A stretch of DNA of 64,000 bases. Origin: Nostoc sp. (GTDB lineage: Bacteria; Cyanobacteriota; Cyanobacteriia; Cyanobacteriales; Nostocaceae). Made by a program: the position numbers and the translations under genes. The notes under the pieces were generated by a model. It was given only the letters and a program-made list of their open reading frames with translations. It made no database searches and was not told where the DNA came from. Where the stretch lies: NCBI GenBank assembly GCA_036918135.1, contig JBALDB010000002.1:32001-96000 (forward strand), written 5' to 3'. Below are positions 1 through 11,749 of the stretch, piece by piece. Numbering within the stretch: position 1 is the stretch's first letter; each line of letters begins with the position of its first letter.

Positions 1-125
1 CCTTGATCGTTTAATGCCACTGTCCGGGTAGTTTTGTCCAGTTCCACTGCTGTCGCGTTACCGACAATCAACCCAAACGTGAGTAAAACAGTAGCCACAA
101 CAACGCCAATTAGTCTTCTAAACAT
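1..125 (-). CDS. psbV: Photosystem II cytochrome c-550 (5' part only; runs off the window)
   Basis: Manual translation MFRRLIGVVVATVLLTFGLIVGNATAVELDKTTRTVALNDQG: signal peptide plus recognisable PsbV N-terminus; AGGGGA RBS upstream. Confidence 0.85.
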   Translation of the reverse strand, partial: MFRRLIGVVVATVLLTFGLIVGNATAVELDKTTRTVALNDQ

Positions 126-812
126 GTTTCCCCTTAAAGATTTTGACGCTCAACACAGCTAATAAAACGATGCTCAATCTCCATATCCCAAGCCGGAAAT
201 AGCTTTTGAGGTAACTTCGGTATCACCCACCGAGTCGCCAACCTTTCTAGCGTATTTCAGACGATATTCGGAAAATAATTGCCTTTGCATCCTCTAACGC
301 CAAACGGCTCTTTTGGTGTTTGTCGGCAATTAAGAGTTGGTTATCGAGAGAAAACAATTTTTCTACAGTCATGCTGTAGTCGGCTGCTATCTCTGCGATT
401 GATAGGTTTGCAAAACCCATAATGCTTGTTAACTGATAGATAGAGATTGAGTCGCTGTAATACCAATATCACGTTAGGAGTGCAATTTGTTGCCCAAAAT
501 ACGGTTTGGGGGATGGGGCGTGGGGAAATGAGGAGATGGGGAGATAGCGAGGCAAGGGGCAGGGAGTAGGGAGCAGAGGGCAAAAAAGTAATTTTTCGTT
601 CTCCTCCTTGCGCCCCTGCTTTTTTCCAATGCCCCAAACATAATTTATTGCTCAGAAGGTTTAAGTCTATCCCACCAGGATGACTGTGGCGATGAACCTC
701 TGAGCTTGAAATTTAAAGTTTGATATAGCAGTTGCCAGCTAGGTTAAGATATAACCTCATCGTCAAACCCCGACATGAAGAAACTTTCAAGCCTGTTGCC
801 TAGTATTAACAG

Positions 813-1649
813 TTAACCTTTTCCCCCGGTAAAAGTAACACTTTGAATGAAGTAGCGGTTAAAAAAGGCATAAATACTTAAAGCTGGCAGGGTAAATATC
901 ATAGAAGCTGCCATAATGTAGTTCCAATAGCTGATATATTGACCTTTGAAGGTATTTAGCCCCAAAGGTAAGGTAAACATTTCTGGGTCAAATAGGATAA
1001 CTATAGGCAGCAAGAAATTATTCCAACTTCCCATAAATACAAAAACTGCCTGGGCTGCTAGTGCTGGTTTTGCCAAGGGTAAGACAATATAGCGGAAAAT
1101 TCCAAAGGAATTTAAGCCATCGAGTTGACCTGCTTGCTCTAATTCTTGAGGAAAATTAACGAAAAACTGCCGCATCATGAAGATAAAGGTGGCATTGACC
1201 ATACTGGGGACAATCATCCCTTGGTAGGAATTCAGCCAGCCGATCGCTTTTAAAATTAAAAATGTGGGAATTAAAGTAATTTGCCCTGGTACCGCTAGTA
1301 CTGCCAAGATTAGCAAGAACCAAAAGTGTTTGCCAACAAAGCGCAGTCTGGCTAAGGCATAACCCGCCATAGAATTTAACAATAAGTTTAAAACAGTGAC
1401 GCTGACGGCAATCACCATGCTGTTAAACAGCCAACGCCAAAATAAAGGTTCTTGCAAAAAGATTTGTCTGTAGTTGTCGAGAGTAAAATTTTTTGGGAAA
1501 AAATTGGCTTCACTGCTGACAATTTCTGTTAGCGGCTTAAACGATGCTGAAAGTGCCCAGAGGAAGGGAATGAGGGTAATCAGGGCATAGAGTGTCAGCA
1601 AAATATATAACAAGACTTTCAGCCAGGATGAGCCAGAGATGTTAGTCAA
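813..1649 (-). CDS. Carbohydrate ABC transporter permease (MalG-like)
   Basis: Six TM segments; EAA-type loop (ELEQAGQLDG). Confidence 0.92.
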   Translation of the reverse strand: MTNISGSSWLKVLLYILLTLYALITLIPFLWALSASFKPLTEIVSSEANFFPKNFTLDNYRQIFLQEPLFWRWLFNSMVIAVSVTVLNLLLNSMAGYALARLRFVGKHFWFLLILAVLAVPGQITLIPTFLILKAIGWLNSYQGMIVPSMVNATFIFMMRQFFVNFPQELEQAGQLDGLNSFGIFRYIVLPLAKPALAAQAVFVFMGSWNNFLLPIVILFDPEMFTLPLGLNTFKGQYISYWNYIMAASMIFTLPALSIYAFFNRYFIQSVTFTGGKG

Positions 1650-2554
1650 ATCCGTTCGCCTCCAAAAAGCCGCCGCCCAATTAAAGTGATGCTAATAATG
1701 ACTGCTGTTAATAAAAAGGCGATCGCCGCAGCATATCCCATCTGTAAATTACGAAATACAGCTTGGTAAATTAGTAACACCATAGTTAAGGTAGCGTTAT
1801 TTGGCCCGCCAGTACCACTAGAGAAAATGTAAGACTGGTCAAATAATTGAAAAGTGCCAATCACTCCCATTGTTACTACAAAGAAAGTTACAGGCTTAAG
1901 CAAAGGAATAGTAATGTAAATAAATTGCTGCCATCCATCTGCGCCATCGAGTTCAGCAGCTTCATACACTGTTTGGGGGATATCCTGCAACGCCGCCAGG
2001 TAAATCACCATAAAAAACGGCGCTGTTGACCAAATGTTCATAATCATAATACCTTTGAGGGCAACTGCTGGATCGCCCAACCAGTTATAAGTAGGTAGCC
2101 CTACAAAAGCTAGAAAATCGTTTAGTAGGCCATCGGTGTTATAAATCCACATAAAGATCAGCGTCAGCACTGCTGAAGAAGTAACTGTCGGTAAAAAGTA
2201 GAGAATGCGCCACCAGTTTTTACCGCGAATCCCAGAATTGAGAGTTACCGCCAAAATTAAAGCTAGAACAGTTTGAGTTGGCACAACAACAGCTACATAT
2301 TGTGCGGTATTTCTCAAAGCAATCCAAACCCGTTCATCTTCGACTAACCGCGTGAAGTTCCGAAAACCAATGAACTCGTACTGAATACCGCCTAAAAGTT
2401 GAACTTTTTGCAGCGAAAGAAAAACGGCACAAAGAATGGGTAAGACTACAAAAGTCCCTAAAACTAAAATGGTAGGCGTCATGAACATATACCCAGCCAA
2501 ATCTTCTGTAATGTTCCACTTGGGGTTACTTTGTCGCCTGTTGATTTCAAACAC
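1646..2554 (-). CDS. Carbohydrate ABC transporter permease (MalF-like)
   Basis: YEAAELDGA EAA motif; overlaps the next permease by 4 nt. Confidence 0.92.
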   Translation of the reverse strand: MFEINRRQSNPKWNITEDLAGYMFMTPTILVLGTFVVLPILCAVFLSLQKVQLLGGIQYEFIGFRNFTRLVEDERVWIALRNTAQYVAVVVPTQTVLALILAVTLNSGIRGKNWWRILYFLPTVTSSAVLTLIFMWIYNTDGLLNDFLAFVGLPTYNWLGDPAVALKGIMIMNIWSTAPFFMVIYLAALQDIPQTVYEAAELDGADGWQQFIYITIPLLKPVTFFVVTMGVIGTFQLFDQSYIFSSGTGGPNNATLTMVLLIYQAVFRNLQMGYAAAIAFLLTAVIISITLIGRRLFGGERI

Positions 2555-2619
2555 TATTGCACCTCCGATTTATCCCACACTAATCTGACTGTAGTGATGA
2601 GTCGTGCGATTTGTACTGC

Positions 2620-2705
2620 TATAGCAGGAGGCAGGAGGTAGAACTATTACTATTCCTAGCATTCACGCTTGTCATTATGTCCTAACCTACGTGACTACGA
2701 CTATA
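2620..2705. mobile_element. MITE-like repeat, family A
   Basis: TATAGC...GACTATA ends; similar copies at 56431-56523 and, inverted, at 42813-42920. Confidence 0.7.
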
Positions 2706-3046
2706 TCAAAAAATATTTAAGCTTATTAAATGAGTTTCTATCTTGAAAAACCCTAGATGCAAAGCGGCGAGTTGAGGACTAATTAAAAAAGATTTGAGAA
2801 AATTAAAAGTGTCACTAAATCAACTCAAAAGCGTTTGGTTGGTAATTTCAGGTTTTGAGATAGCAAGTAATTATTAACTAAAAAAGCTAAGTAAATATTA
2901 GAATATAAAGTCTGTAGAGATTATGGCAATATGGCACCTTAAAACCAAGCAAATTTTATTAATTCTAAAAGCAGAGCATTTCAAAATTTATCAGTTTGCA
3001 AGCAACTCGTATTCACAAGCAATTGAGATATCTAAAAAGTTGAGTC

Positions 3047-3937
3047 TCAAGAGTAAGAAATAGAGCGATCGCCATGATTTTCGACACGATTCAAAAATTC
3101 GTCTAAGACTTGTAAGAATCTTTCTGTCTCTTCAAGATGAGGCATGTGCGAACTGTTTTCAAACAGTACCCATTCAGAACCAGAAATACCCTGGTGAACT
3201 GTTTCAACACAAGTAGGTGTAACCTCATCATAGCGACCTGAAAGCAGCAGTGTCGGCACAATAATTTCACTCAGACGCTCTTGAATATTCCAGCCGATGA
3301 TTTTGCCTGCACCCCGAAACTCTGTACCAACTTTGCTGTAAGCTCTAGTTAAGCTACTGGGCCAAGGGTCTAATCGGCAAAGAAAAGAATGATTGAACAC
3401 TTCCATTGCTTGTTTATATTCAGGATCTTGAGTTGTACCCTCAGCTTCATGCTTACGAATGATCTGTTGTACTTCAATTGGCAGCTCTTTCATTAGGTTA
3501 TAAGCTTCAGTAACAAATTGTTGAATATTACAAGGTGTATTAGCTAAAACGAGACTGACTAACCCAGTTGATTGAGAAAGAGCATGTTCCAGCGCCAAAC
3601 AACCACCCCATGATTGCCCAAAAAGATGAATCTGCTCTAAATTGAGAGTGCTGCGGATGGCAACGAGTTCTTCTTTGAACAAATCAATAGAATATAAGCT
3701 GGGGTCTGTGGGGCGATCGCTATTACCGCATCCTAATTGATCGTAAAAAATAACTCGCCTTCCTGTTGCAGCCAACGCTTCTAATGGTTCTAAGTAGTCG
3801 TGGGGTACTCCTGGGCCTCCGTGAAGACACAGCAGCGGTAGCTTTTTAGCATCTTCTTGTTCTGGTTTAACAATCCGATACCATACCCGATGACCGCGAA
3901 ATGAAATAAAGTCTTCAACGGCAGAAGTTGTAGTCAT
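3047..3937 (-). CDS. Proline iminopeptidase-family alpha/beta hydrolase
   Basis: HGGPG, YDQLGCGNS, GQSWGG nucleophile elbow, SSHMPH. Confidence 0.9.
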   Translation of the reverse strand: MTTTSAVEDFISFRGHRVWYRIVKPEQEDAKKLPLLCLHGGPGVPHDYLEPLEALAATGRRVIFYDQLGCGNSDRPTDPSLYSIDLFKEELVAIRSTLNLEQIHLFGQSWGGCLALEHALSQSTGLVSLVLANTPCNIQQFVTEAYNLMKELPIEVQQIIRKHEAEGTTQDPEYKQAMEVFNHSFLCRLDPWPSSLTRAYSKVGTEFRGAGKIIGWNIQERLSEIIVPTLLLSGRYDEVTPTCVETVHQGISGSEWVLFENSSHMPHLEETERFLQVLDEFLNRVENHGDRSISYS

Positions 3938-4025
3938 AGAGTTAGTGTTTTATTACTCAAATAAATATACCCTTGGTGTAATATCTGGGGATCGCCTTTT
4001 TGACTAGGGATCGCTCTTTCCCAAA

Positions 4026-5330
4026 TTAGTCCATCGCCTTTATTTGCTGATTAGCTGAGTTTTCTGCCCCTAACATCGCCTGTTTTAATGGTTGTTGCCC
4101 CAATAAGGCGCTGACAAACTGATTATCAAAATTATTCATAATCGCCGCCGGATATTTACCTACCTGCCACAGTGTGGCAGAATCAACACCTGCCACTAAT
4201 GGCGATCGCAATGGGTCTTGGTCATAGCCCAAATTTTTTGCCACTGATTTACGTGTTGGCAAAGCAAACCCTGTCCCTGTCCACTTCTGCATCCCTTCTT
4301 TCCCCGTGAGATAAGAAATCAACTCCCAAGCTTCGGCTTTGTGCTGTGCCTGCTTGTTCATCACGTAGGCAACGGTCAACAGCATTGTACCCTTTTTATT
4401 ATTAATCGTAGGCACTGGTGCAGTAGCAAACTCTACTTCCGGAAAGGTTTGAGTTAAGTAAGGAATTGCCCAGTTACCTTCAATCACCATTGCCACTTTA
4501 CTCTGACCAAACATTTCACTACCTGAGTTTGTCCCTACATCAGATTTTTGGGCAGAGGAACGGTCTTTTTGATACTGGTCTATTACCAACTGTAAACCCT
4601 GCAAACTTGCATCATCAGCAAAGGTAGCGTAACCATTTTGGTCAACGAGTTGTCCACCAAAGGCTTTGATTTTGTAAGCCTGACGCACCAATTCCGGGAT
4701 TTCTCCAAAGCCGTATTTATTAAGTTTGCCTGTCAATTGCTTAGAGTAGGTGCGTAGTTCATCCCAAGTAGCTGGCGGATTATTCAAGCCTGCGGCAGCA
4801 AAAGCTTTTTTGTTATAAAACAGGGCAAGGGTGGAATAGTCTTTAGGAAGACCATAAATATGGTTCTGATATTTGAAGCTGTTAAGTAAGCTCTCCTCGA
4901 AGTCCGCTAGGTCAAATTCGGGAGTGACGTAGCCTTCTAGGGGTTCAAGAACATTTTGACTCATTAAAAAAGGAGCTTCCAATGACTCCAGATAAAAGAC
5001 ATCAGGCGCTGCTTCTCCAACCAAACGAGTTTTAATCACATCCATGTATTGGTCAGGAATCGCTTCATATTTGACCTTAATATTTGGATGCTGTGCTTCA
5101 AAGTCTTGCAGTACCTGGCTCAAGAGTTTTTGTTCAACAATAGAGCCTCCCCACCCACTGAGTTTAATGGTGACTACAGTAGATGCTGAGTGTTTGCTTG
5201 GTAATTGTAGGGTGTGACAAGCAATAAAAGCGATGGCTACTGCAATCGCCACTCCTAAAAAATTTAATAACTTGCTTTTAATCACTGACAGATAAAGGAG
5301 ATTGGGGATTAGGGACTGGGAATTAGACAA
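4026..5330 (-). CDS. Sugar ABC transporter substrate-binding protein (true start probably somewhat downstream)
   Basis: SBP_bac_1-like motifs (IYGLPKDYSTLALFYNK, PATWDEL); the first residues of the ORF are encoded by heptamer repeats. Confidence 0.9.
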   Translation of the reverse strand: MSNSQSLIPNLLYLSVIKSKLLNFLGVAIAVAIAFIACHTLQLPSKHSASTVVTIKLSGWGGSIVEQKLLSQVLQDFEAQHPNIKVKYEAIPDQYMDVIKTRLVGEAAPDVFYLESLEAPFLMSQNVLEPLEGYVTPEFDLADFEESLLNSFKYQNHIYGLPKDYSTLALFYNKKAFAAAGLNNPPATWDELRTYSKQLTGKLNKYGFGEIPELVRQAYKIKAFGGQLVDQNGYATFADDASLQGLQLVIDQYQKDRSSAQKSDVGTNSGSEMFGQSKVAMVIEGNWAIPYLTQTFPEVEFATAPVPTINNKKGTMLLTVAYVMNKQAQHKAEAWELISYLTGKEGMQKWTGTGFALPTRKSVAKNLGYDQDPLRSPLVAGVDSATLWQVGKYPAAIMNNFDNQFVSALLGQQPLKQAMLGAENSANQQIKAMD

Positions 5331-5659
5331 GAGAGATATTTTTATTAGCTATGCTTAATCGGGTGTAGAACTTTTGCACTTAGTAAATCATATTCAATAC
5401 TTAGCGACGAGTCTTTGATACTCGGCAACGAGTCTTTGATACTCCTTAAGAATTGCTAATCTTGCATTAAACTCTTGGTATTTACTTGTATCATATATAA
5501 CTTATAAGTAATAAATATCTTTGTTTTAAGACTTTTTTTATACTTTTTGTTTAAAAACGAAGTTAAGATGATGAAGAATTATTAACAATATTGACGAAAG
5601 CATACTGAATTACTCGAAAACTGGATTGATGCAGGATGCTTCACCGATAAACATAGATT

Positions 5660-7099
5660 ATGGATTTTGTTCAGGTTGAAATATCTGCGCCTCTGAATCT
5701 GGAAATTACCCAGGTCACTACACCGCAAATAGCAGTTTCTCAAACTTCTCGCATTCCCAAGGATGATATTCGCAGAAGTTTAAGAGCCTCCACAGTAGAT
5801 TCTGTCTTAGCAGCGGTTTATGCCATTGGTACTAGTGGGATTTTACTTGGCAATTTATTGGTGGAGTTAGATGCTAGTCCAGTAATATTTGGGATGTTGT
5901 CCTCTATCCCCATGCTGGTGAATGTGATTCAGCCGTTGGGTGCTTACATGTCAGAAAGTAGCACAAGCCGCTTTCGGTATGCACTACGGACACACGGAAT
6001 TGCTCGCCTATTGTGGCTGATTTTAGTAATTGCGATTGCAGGCGTAAGTTGGGGAGTGTTGAATAGTGAGCAGTTAGTGATATTAACACTCTTAGTTCTT
6101 TTATTGAGCCATCTTTTAGCAGGACTAGGAGCCGCATCATGGCTAAGTTGGCTGGCAATGATAGTTCCCCGACAATTACGAGGCAGGTATTTTGGGATAC
6201 GCAATAGTGCTGCTAGCCTCACAAGTTTAATTTGCGTACCAATAGCTGGTTTAGCTATATCCCATTGGTATGGAGGAGTTATCCAAGGCTATGGAATAGT
6301 TCTATTACTAAGTATGATTTTTGGGCTTGTGGGGCTAGGATGCCAGTATTTTCAAGTGGATATGAATCCGCGATCGCAAAACACTTATGTTGGCAAGTTC
6401 CCTCAAACAAATGAGATTCAGCCAGAGGTTACACAAAACGAGCATTTTATTAGTGTATCTGAATTAGATTGTCAACCATATATACCTACTCCAGAAAACC
6501 AATCAGCTAACAGCATCTGGAAAAACTCTAACTTTTTGCGATTTATAGTGTATCTCAGCTTATGGACACTTGCTGTTAACCTCAGTAGTCCTTTTTTTAA
6601 CCTCTACATGCTGGACACGCTGGATTTGGATGTCAGCTACGTGACTATCTACAATAGCCTTCAGGCGGGGGCAAATTTGCTGATGCTTATCCTGTGGGGA
6701 AAATTAGCAGACAAGATCGGTAATCGTCTGATCCTCATTTATATTGGGATTTTGGTCGCAGCCACACCACTGCTGTGGCTGGGGATTGGTTTTAATCACC
6801 TTGATGTCTGGTTGTGGTTACCACTGTTACACATCTTAGGTGGAGGTACTTGGGCGGCGATTGACTTGTGTAGTAATAACATCCAATTGGCGATCGCACC
6901 AACTAAAAATCAGTCTATCTATTTTGCAACCGCAGCTGCCGTTGCTGGAGTGAGTGGTGCTTTGGGCATAACCATAGGCAGTCTGATCGTGCAATTTACT
7001 CAGTCTGGAGGCTTACTAGGGTTGTTCGCCTTCTCTAGTTTATTTCGACTAACAGCACTTGTTCCACTCATGTTTATCCAAGAGCCAGACAGGGGATGA
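5660..7099 (+). CDS. MFS transporter
   Basis: About 12 TM helices; RGRYFG and WGKLADKIGNR MFS loop motifs. Confidence 0.88.
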   Translation: MDFVQVEISAPLNLEITQVTTPQIAVSQTSRIPKDDIRRSLRASTVDSVLAAVYAIGTSGILLGNLLVELDASPVIFGMLSSIPMLVNVIQPLGAYMSESSTSRFRYALRTHGIARLLWLILVIAIAGVSWGVLNSEQLVILTLLVLLLSHLLAGLGAASWLSWLAMIVPRQLRGRYFGIRNSAASLTSLICVPIAGLAISHWYGGVIQGYGIVLLLSMIFGLVGLGCQYFQVDMNPRSQNTYVGKFPQTNEIQPEVTQNEHFISVSELDCQPYIPTPENQSANSIWKNSNFLRFIVYLSLWTLAVNLSSPFFNLYMLDTLDLDVSYVTIYNSLQAGANLLMLILWGKLADKIGNRLILIYIGILVAATPLLWLGIGFNHLDVWLWLPLLHILGGGTWAAIDLCSNNIQLAIAPTKNQSIYFATAAAVAGVSGALGITIGSLIVQFTQSGGLLGLFAFSSLFRLTALVPLMFIQEPDRG

Positions 7100-7120
7100 G
7101 GGGAATCAGGAGAATTAATC

Positions 7121-7274
7121 TAACGTGAATTCGATGGCTCATATGTTGCCTGCCGAATTTACTCAATCAAAAAACCTCTAAGTTTTACTATGCAAAACTG
7201 TCCCTCTCCGATTCGGAGAGAGACAGACTTGAACTAGAGTTCAAGACAGGGAGAGGTTCGTCGAACTCACGTTA
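7121..7274. mobile_element. MITE with ~14-bp terminal inverted repeats
   Basis: TAACGTGAATTCGA...TCGAACTCACGTTA, TA at both ends; internal REP-like hairpins. Confidence 0.7.
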
Positions 7275-7292
7275 ATCTAGTCTCAGACTGCT

Positions 7293-8243
7293 CTATTCTG
7301 CGGCAGTTGAAGTCAAGGACATTGTTTCCCATAAGACCATATGAGGTGGTGTTAGCGCAGGCTGGTGTAAAGCAATCAGCTGAGCTAATATATTCTTTAA
7401 CTGGGTGCGCGGTACGATATCATCAACAAAACCGTGCTGGAGTAAATCTTCAGCAGTTTGAAAATCATCAGGCAGTTTTTCCCGCAGGGTTTGCTCAATC
7501 ACTCGCCGACCTGCAAAACCGATGGTTGCCTTGGGTTCTGCCAGAATAATATCGCCCAACATTGCAAAACTCGCGGTAACGCCGCCCGTTGTCGGATTTG
7601 TCAAAACGGGAATATACAACAATCGGGCGTCTTGATGGCGCTGTAGGGCTGCGGAGATTTTTGCCATCTGCATCAAGGACAGCATTCCTTCTTGCATTCT
7701 CGCGCCACCAGAGGTACAAACAATAATTACAGGATACCGCCATTGAGTAGCTTGCTCAATTAAGCGGGTGAGTCTTTCTCCCACAACTGAACCCATACTG
7801 CCACCCATAAAGCGGAAGTCCATAACTCCAAGGGCAACAGGCAAGCCATTAATTTGACCCAAACCTGTTTTAACTGCGTCTATTAAGCCAATTTTTTCCT
7901 GCATTTCCCGTAGGCGATCGCTGTAGGGTTTGCGATCGCGAAATTGCAGGGGATCGGTTGGACGTAAATGCTCGTCTAAAGCTTTCCAAGTATCGCGATC
8001 TATCAATTGACGGATACGCTCATCGCTATCTACACGATTGTGATGACCACATTCGACACAAACCATCTGATTAGCTCTCAGGTCTTTTGTGTATGTCAAT
8101 ACACCACAACTAGAACATTTATGCCATAGACCATCAGCAATTTCACGTTCTTGGCGTTCGGGACTAGTAGACCCTGATTTCCGTCGATTTGCAAACCAAT
8201 CAAATAGAGACTTTAAACCACGTGATTCTTCGTTGTTAGCCAT
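7293..8243 (-). CDS. accD: Acetyl-CoA carboxylase carboxyltransferase beta subunit
   Basis: C4 zinc finger, [29 protein letters not shown]. Confidence 0.97.
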   Translation of the reverse strand: MANNEESRGLKSLFDWFANRRKSGSTSPERQEREIADGLWHKCSSCGVLTYTKDLRANQMVCVECGHHNRVDSDERIRQLIDRDTWKALDEHLRPTDPLQFRDRKPYSDRLREMQEKIGLIDAVKTGLGQINGLPVALGVMDFRFMGGSMGSVVGERLTRLIEQATQWRYPVIIVCTSGGARMQEGMLSLMQMAKISAALQRHQDARLLYIPVLTNPTTGGVTASFAMLGDIILAEPKATIGFAGRRVIEQTLREKLPDDFQTAEDLLQHGFVDDIVPRTQLKNILAQLIALHQPALTPPHMVLWETMSLTSTAAE

Positions 8244-8948
8244 TTTTATCTTATTTTAAGTGGGTAGAGGTCAAAACCATATCAAGCCGTATGGGGTTGT
8301 CCTTAGCCATTAGCCATTTGTTTTTTCAATGAGTAATAGCTTGCGTCAAATTAAGCTTTTAAGCAATTGAGACCTTAATTTTCATCTTTGGTTGCCAGCT
8401 TAACGAAAATACTTATGCCAACACAAGTCTCTTGCTCTTTTTTTAGAGGACTTTTTATATAAATCCAGTGACAAAGCCATGCAAATATTAACCTCCAAAT
8501 AAGATGCTCTCCCTCTCCCACATAGATCTATTATTCTTTTTGCTGGGTCATAAGCAATCAGTATCTGTTTTATAAGTTGTGCTTACCCATAGGTAATCGT
8601 CGTTAAGAGGGAAATACAAGTCACAAGCTGAATATTATCAAAATACGAACGGCAGATGGGGTAATGCAAGTTACAGTCACAAATTATAAAAATTTCTTAT
8701 ACGAGAGAATTGGAGATTGGGTATTGGGTACTCAATACTGTTTGCTTTATGCATTTCTAACTTGGAATTAGGTTTTGAGAAAAGGTTACTGGGTTTGGGT
8801 TAAAAGTTTTTCTTTACCTTTTTTCCTTCCTATTTTCCCCTTAACGGAAAGATATTGATTAAGTACTAGGTATTAGATATTAGCTTTATAATTCCTAATC
8901 CCCATTACCCCTTATCCCCAGAGGGTACCCCACCTTCCCCATTCCAAT

Positions 8949-9770
8949 TTATGACACTGGAAAAAATAACCGCAGGTAGCTAGATAAAATGGCTTCACCG
9001 CTAAATAGAGTAATCGCAGACCCTAAAGCCAGAAAAGGGCCAAAAGGTATCTTTTGTCCTAATTTCTGGCGCGATCGCATAATTGCACCGCTACCAATTA
9101 AAGCTCCCAGTGCACAGGCAATAAAACTAGCCAACAGCAAATATTTCCATCCCAACCAGGCTCCCATCATCGCTGCTAACTTGGCGTCACCCGCACCCAT
9201 TGCAGCTTTACCAAAGACAATTGAACCTAATAGGGCGATCGCCTCAAATAACCATAAGCCCAATACTGCACCAACTATTGCCATCATCAAGTGATTTACC
9301 AATGCTACAGTGCTAGCCTCTGGTAAAAAACCGATCGCCATTTGAAATAAAATCCCCACCACCAAACCCGACTGAGTAAGTGCATTGGGTAGAGTCATTG
9401 TATCCAGGTCAATCAACGATAGCGCTAATAACCAACTGCAAAAAGCCCAATAGCCTATTGTTAAAGTCGAAGCTTTGAATACTAAAAAAACTAATAAAAA
9501 AATTATTCCCGTTACTCCTTCTACCACAGGATAACGGACAGAAATTTTGCTTTTGCAATATCGACATCGCCCTCTTAAGAAAATCCAGCCAAAGACTGGT
9601 ACGTTGTCGTAAGCTTTTAGCTGGTTTAAGCAATGCGGACAACGAGAAGGCGGCCAAAGAATTGACAACCGAGCAGGTAGCCGATAAACAACAACATTGA
9701 TAAAACTGCCAACAGATGCACCCAAACCAAAGACAATTACACTCGCCGAGATGGCGAACAAAATGTCCAT
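8949..9770 (-). CDS. pilD: Prepilin peptidase / N-methyltransferase
   Basis: GSFINVVVYRLP, CxxC pairs, MGAGDAKL, IPFGPFLA. Confidence 0.95.
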   Translation of the reverse strand: MDILFAISASVIVFGLGASVGSFINVVVYRLPARLSILWPPSRCPHCLNQLKAYDNVPVFGWIFLRGRCRYCKSKISVRYPVVEGVTGIIFLLVFLVFKASTLTIGYWAFCSWLLALSLIDLDTMTLPNALTQSGLVVGILFQMAIGFLPEASTVALVNHLMMAIVGAVLGLWLFEAIALLGSIVFGKAAMGAGDAKLAAMMGAWLGWKYLLLASFIACALGALIGSGAIMRSRQKLGQKIPFGPFLALGSAITLFSGEAILSSYLRLFFPVS

Positions 9771-9773
9771 ATA

Positions 9774-9914
9774 GTCATTTGTCCTTTGTCATTTGTCCTT
9801 TGTCATTTATCGTTTGTCATTTGTTTTTTGTCGAGAGCGAAAGACCAATGACTAATGACAATCGGTCATTTGTTCTTTGTCGAGAACGAATGACCGATGA
9901 CTAATGACCAATGA
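9774..9914. repeat. Heptamer STRR tract (TCATTTG / AATGACC)
   Basis: Tandem and inverted 7-mer repeats typical of Nostocales. Confidence 0.8.
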
Positions 9915-10175
9915 CTAATACATGTGCGATTCGATTTGACTCAAGGGCACAAAACATTCTTGAGGTAAGAGAACTGGTTGGTTAGTAAAAATAACCTTAC
10001 CTCGATGAGTCACGCGATTAATTGCTACACCGGAAGGTTGCCCAGCTATTTCGGGATGTACTTCACAGTGAGTGTAGTAGATCTGCCCAGCGGCTCTGAT
10101 TACGGCGGTATCAATCAAAGGTGGCTGGTTCCTTGGGGCGGTAAAATTTGCTTGACCTTGTCGTAATGCGTACAC
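9915..10175 (-). CDS. Small hypothetical protein (cyanobacterial type)
   Basis: 86-aa ORF co-oriented between leuB and pilD, plausible composition. Confidence 0.7.
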   Translation of the reverse strand: MYALRQGQANFTAPRNQPPLIDTAVIRAAGQIYYTHCEVHPEIAGQPSGVAINRVTHRGKVIFTNQPVLLPQECFVPLSQIESHMY

Positions 10176-10268
10176 TATCGACTGTTATTTGATTGCTAGA
10201 TTTGTCTTTAGTCTACCCGAAACTTATGGCAAAGGTTGCCAAATTGCCCAGGTTAAATTGTAAAATTA

Positions 10269-11354
10269 TTAAACTTCAAGAGCTAAAATCAGCGCATTGC
10301 CCATAGCACGGCAACCCAAAAGATTTTTCCCTGGTGAAATTATATCACCTGTGCGATCGCCTTGTTCTAATACTTGTAATACGGCTTGTTCTACATGGTC
10401 TGCGGCTTCTGGCTGATTTAAACCGTAGCGTAACATCATCGCCACACTCAAGACTTGTGCCAGAGGATTTGCCTTGTCTTGTCCTGCAATATCTGGCGCG
10501 GAACCATGAACTGGTTCAAATACACCAGGCCCCTCAGCGCCCAAACTAGCAGAAGGCAGCATCCCAATACTACCTGTAAGCATGGCAGCAGCATCAGAGA
10601 GAATATCGCCGAACAAATTGCCCGTGACAATAGTATCGAATTGCTTGGGAGCGCGTAATAACTGCATAGCAGCATTATCTACATAAAGATGAGAGAGTTC
10701 GATGTCTGGATATTCTTGAGAAAGTTGTGTAATGCGATCGCGCCATAACTGAGATACTTCTAATACGTTAGCCTTATCCACCGAACAAAGTTTTCCACTA
10801 CGTTTGCGCGCTGCTTCAAAAGCCACTCGTCCAATGCGATCGATTTCTGATTCGGTGTAAACCATTGTATTTACACCGCGTTTTTCACCAGTCTCAGTAG
10901 CAAAAATTCCCTTAGGTTTACCGAAATAAATTCCACCAGTAAGTTCCCGCACCACCATGATATCGACACCTTCGACAACTTCGCGTCTCAAAGTCGAAGC
11001 ATCAATTAGCTGGGGCAAAATTTTTGCTGGGCGTAAGTTGGCAAATAGTCCCAAACCCGCACGTAGCCCTAACAAACCTGCTTCTGGGCGTAATTTCGAT
11101 GGTAGAGAATCCCACTTATAGCCACCAATGGCTGCAAGTAATACAGCATCACTATTACGGCAAGTATCCAAAGTAGCAGAGGGCAGAGGTTCGCCCGTGG
11201 TGTCAATTGCTGCGCCACCGATGAGGGCTTCTTGGAATTCAAATTGAATATCAAATTTATTGCCTACAACTTTCAGCACATCTACCGCCACTGCCATAAT
11301 TTCAGGGCCAATGCCATCGCCGGGGAGTAGGGTAATGCGGTAGTTCTGGGTCAT
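10269..11354 (-). CDS. leuB: 3-isopropylmalate dehydrogenase
   Basis: [31 protein letters not shown]. Confidence 0.97.
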   Translation of the reverse strand: MTQNYRITLLPGDGIGPEIMAVAVDVLKVVGNKFDIQFEFQEALIGGAAIDTTGEPLPSATLDTCRNSDAVLLAAIGGYKWDSLPSKLRPEAGLLGLRAGLGLFANLRPAKILPQLIDASTLRREVVEGVDIMVVRELTGGIYFGKPKGIFATETGEKRGVNTMVYTESEIDRIGRVAFEAARKRSGKLCSVDKANVLEVSQLWRDRITQLSQEYPDIELSHLYVDNAAMQLLRAPKQFDTIVTGNLFGDILSDAAAMLTGSIGMLPSASLGAEGPGVFEPVHGSAPDIAGQDKANPLAQVLSVAMMLRYGLNQPEAADHVEQAVLQVLEQGDRTGDIISPGKNLLGCRAMGNALILALEV

Positions 11355-11710
11355 AGCTAGTTTCTATTGGGTAAATGCTTGCAGATTAAATATCATACCG
11401 AGCAAAATGTACCGATGGAGTTTTTAATTTATTTAGATGTTTGTTGCCTGAATCGCCCCGTCAGTAACCAGACACAAGAACCCATTAGTTTAGAAGCCTA
11501 GACAATATTGCTAATTTTGGGTAATTTTCCAACTGTTGACGTACTAAAAACCCAATTATTCTTTGTAGCTTGTTGTTGTCTCCCCAATCATTTTTTCAAC
11601 ACTTATTCAATCATCCGATCGGTTGTAGTGTAATTTTTTAAAGTACTTAGTAAGTTCAAACTTAAGCACAGAAGCTTTTATAGACAATTTTAAAAATTTT
11701 CTGAAACCCC

Positions 11711-11749
11711 TTGACACCATCTTGTAGTGTTATGTAGTATATATGTAGT
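11711..11749 (+). promoter_or_regulatory. tRNA-array promoter with overlapping TGTAGT direct repeats (putative TrcR-type operator)
   Basis: TTGACA (11711) - 18 nt - TAGTAT (11735); TGTAGT at 11723, 11733 and 11744. Confidence 0.75.
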
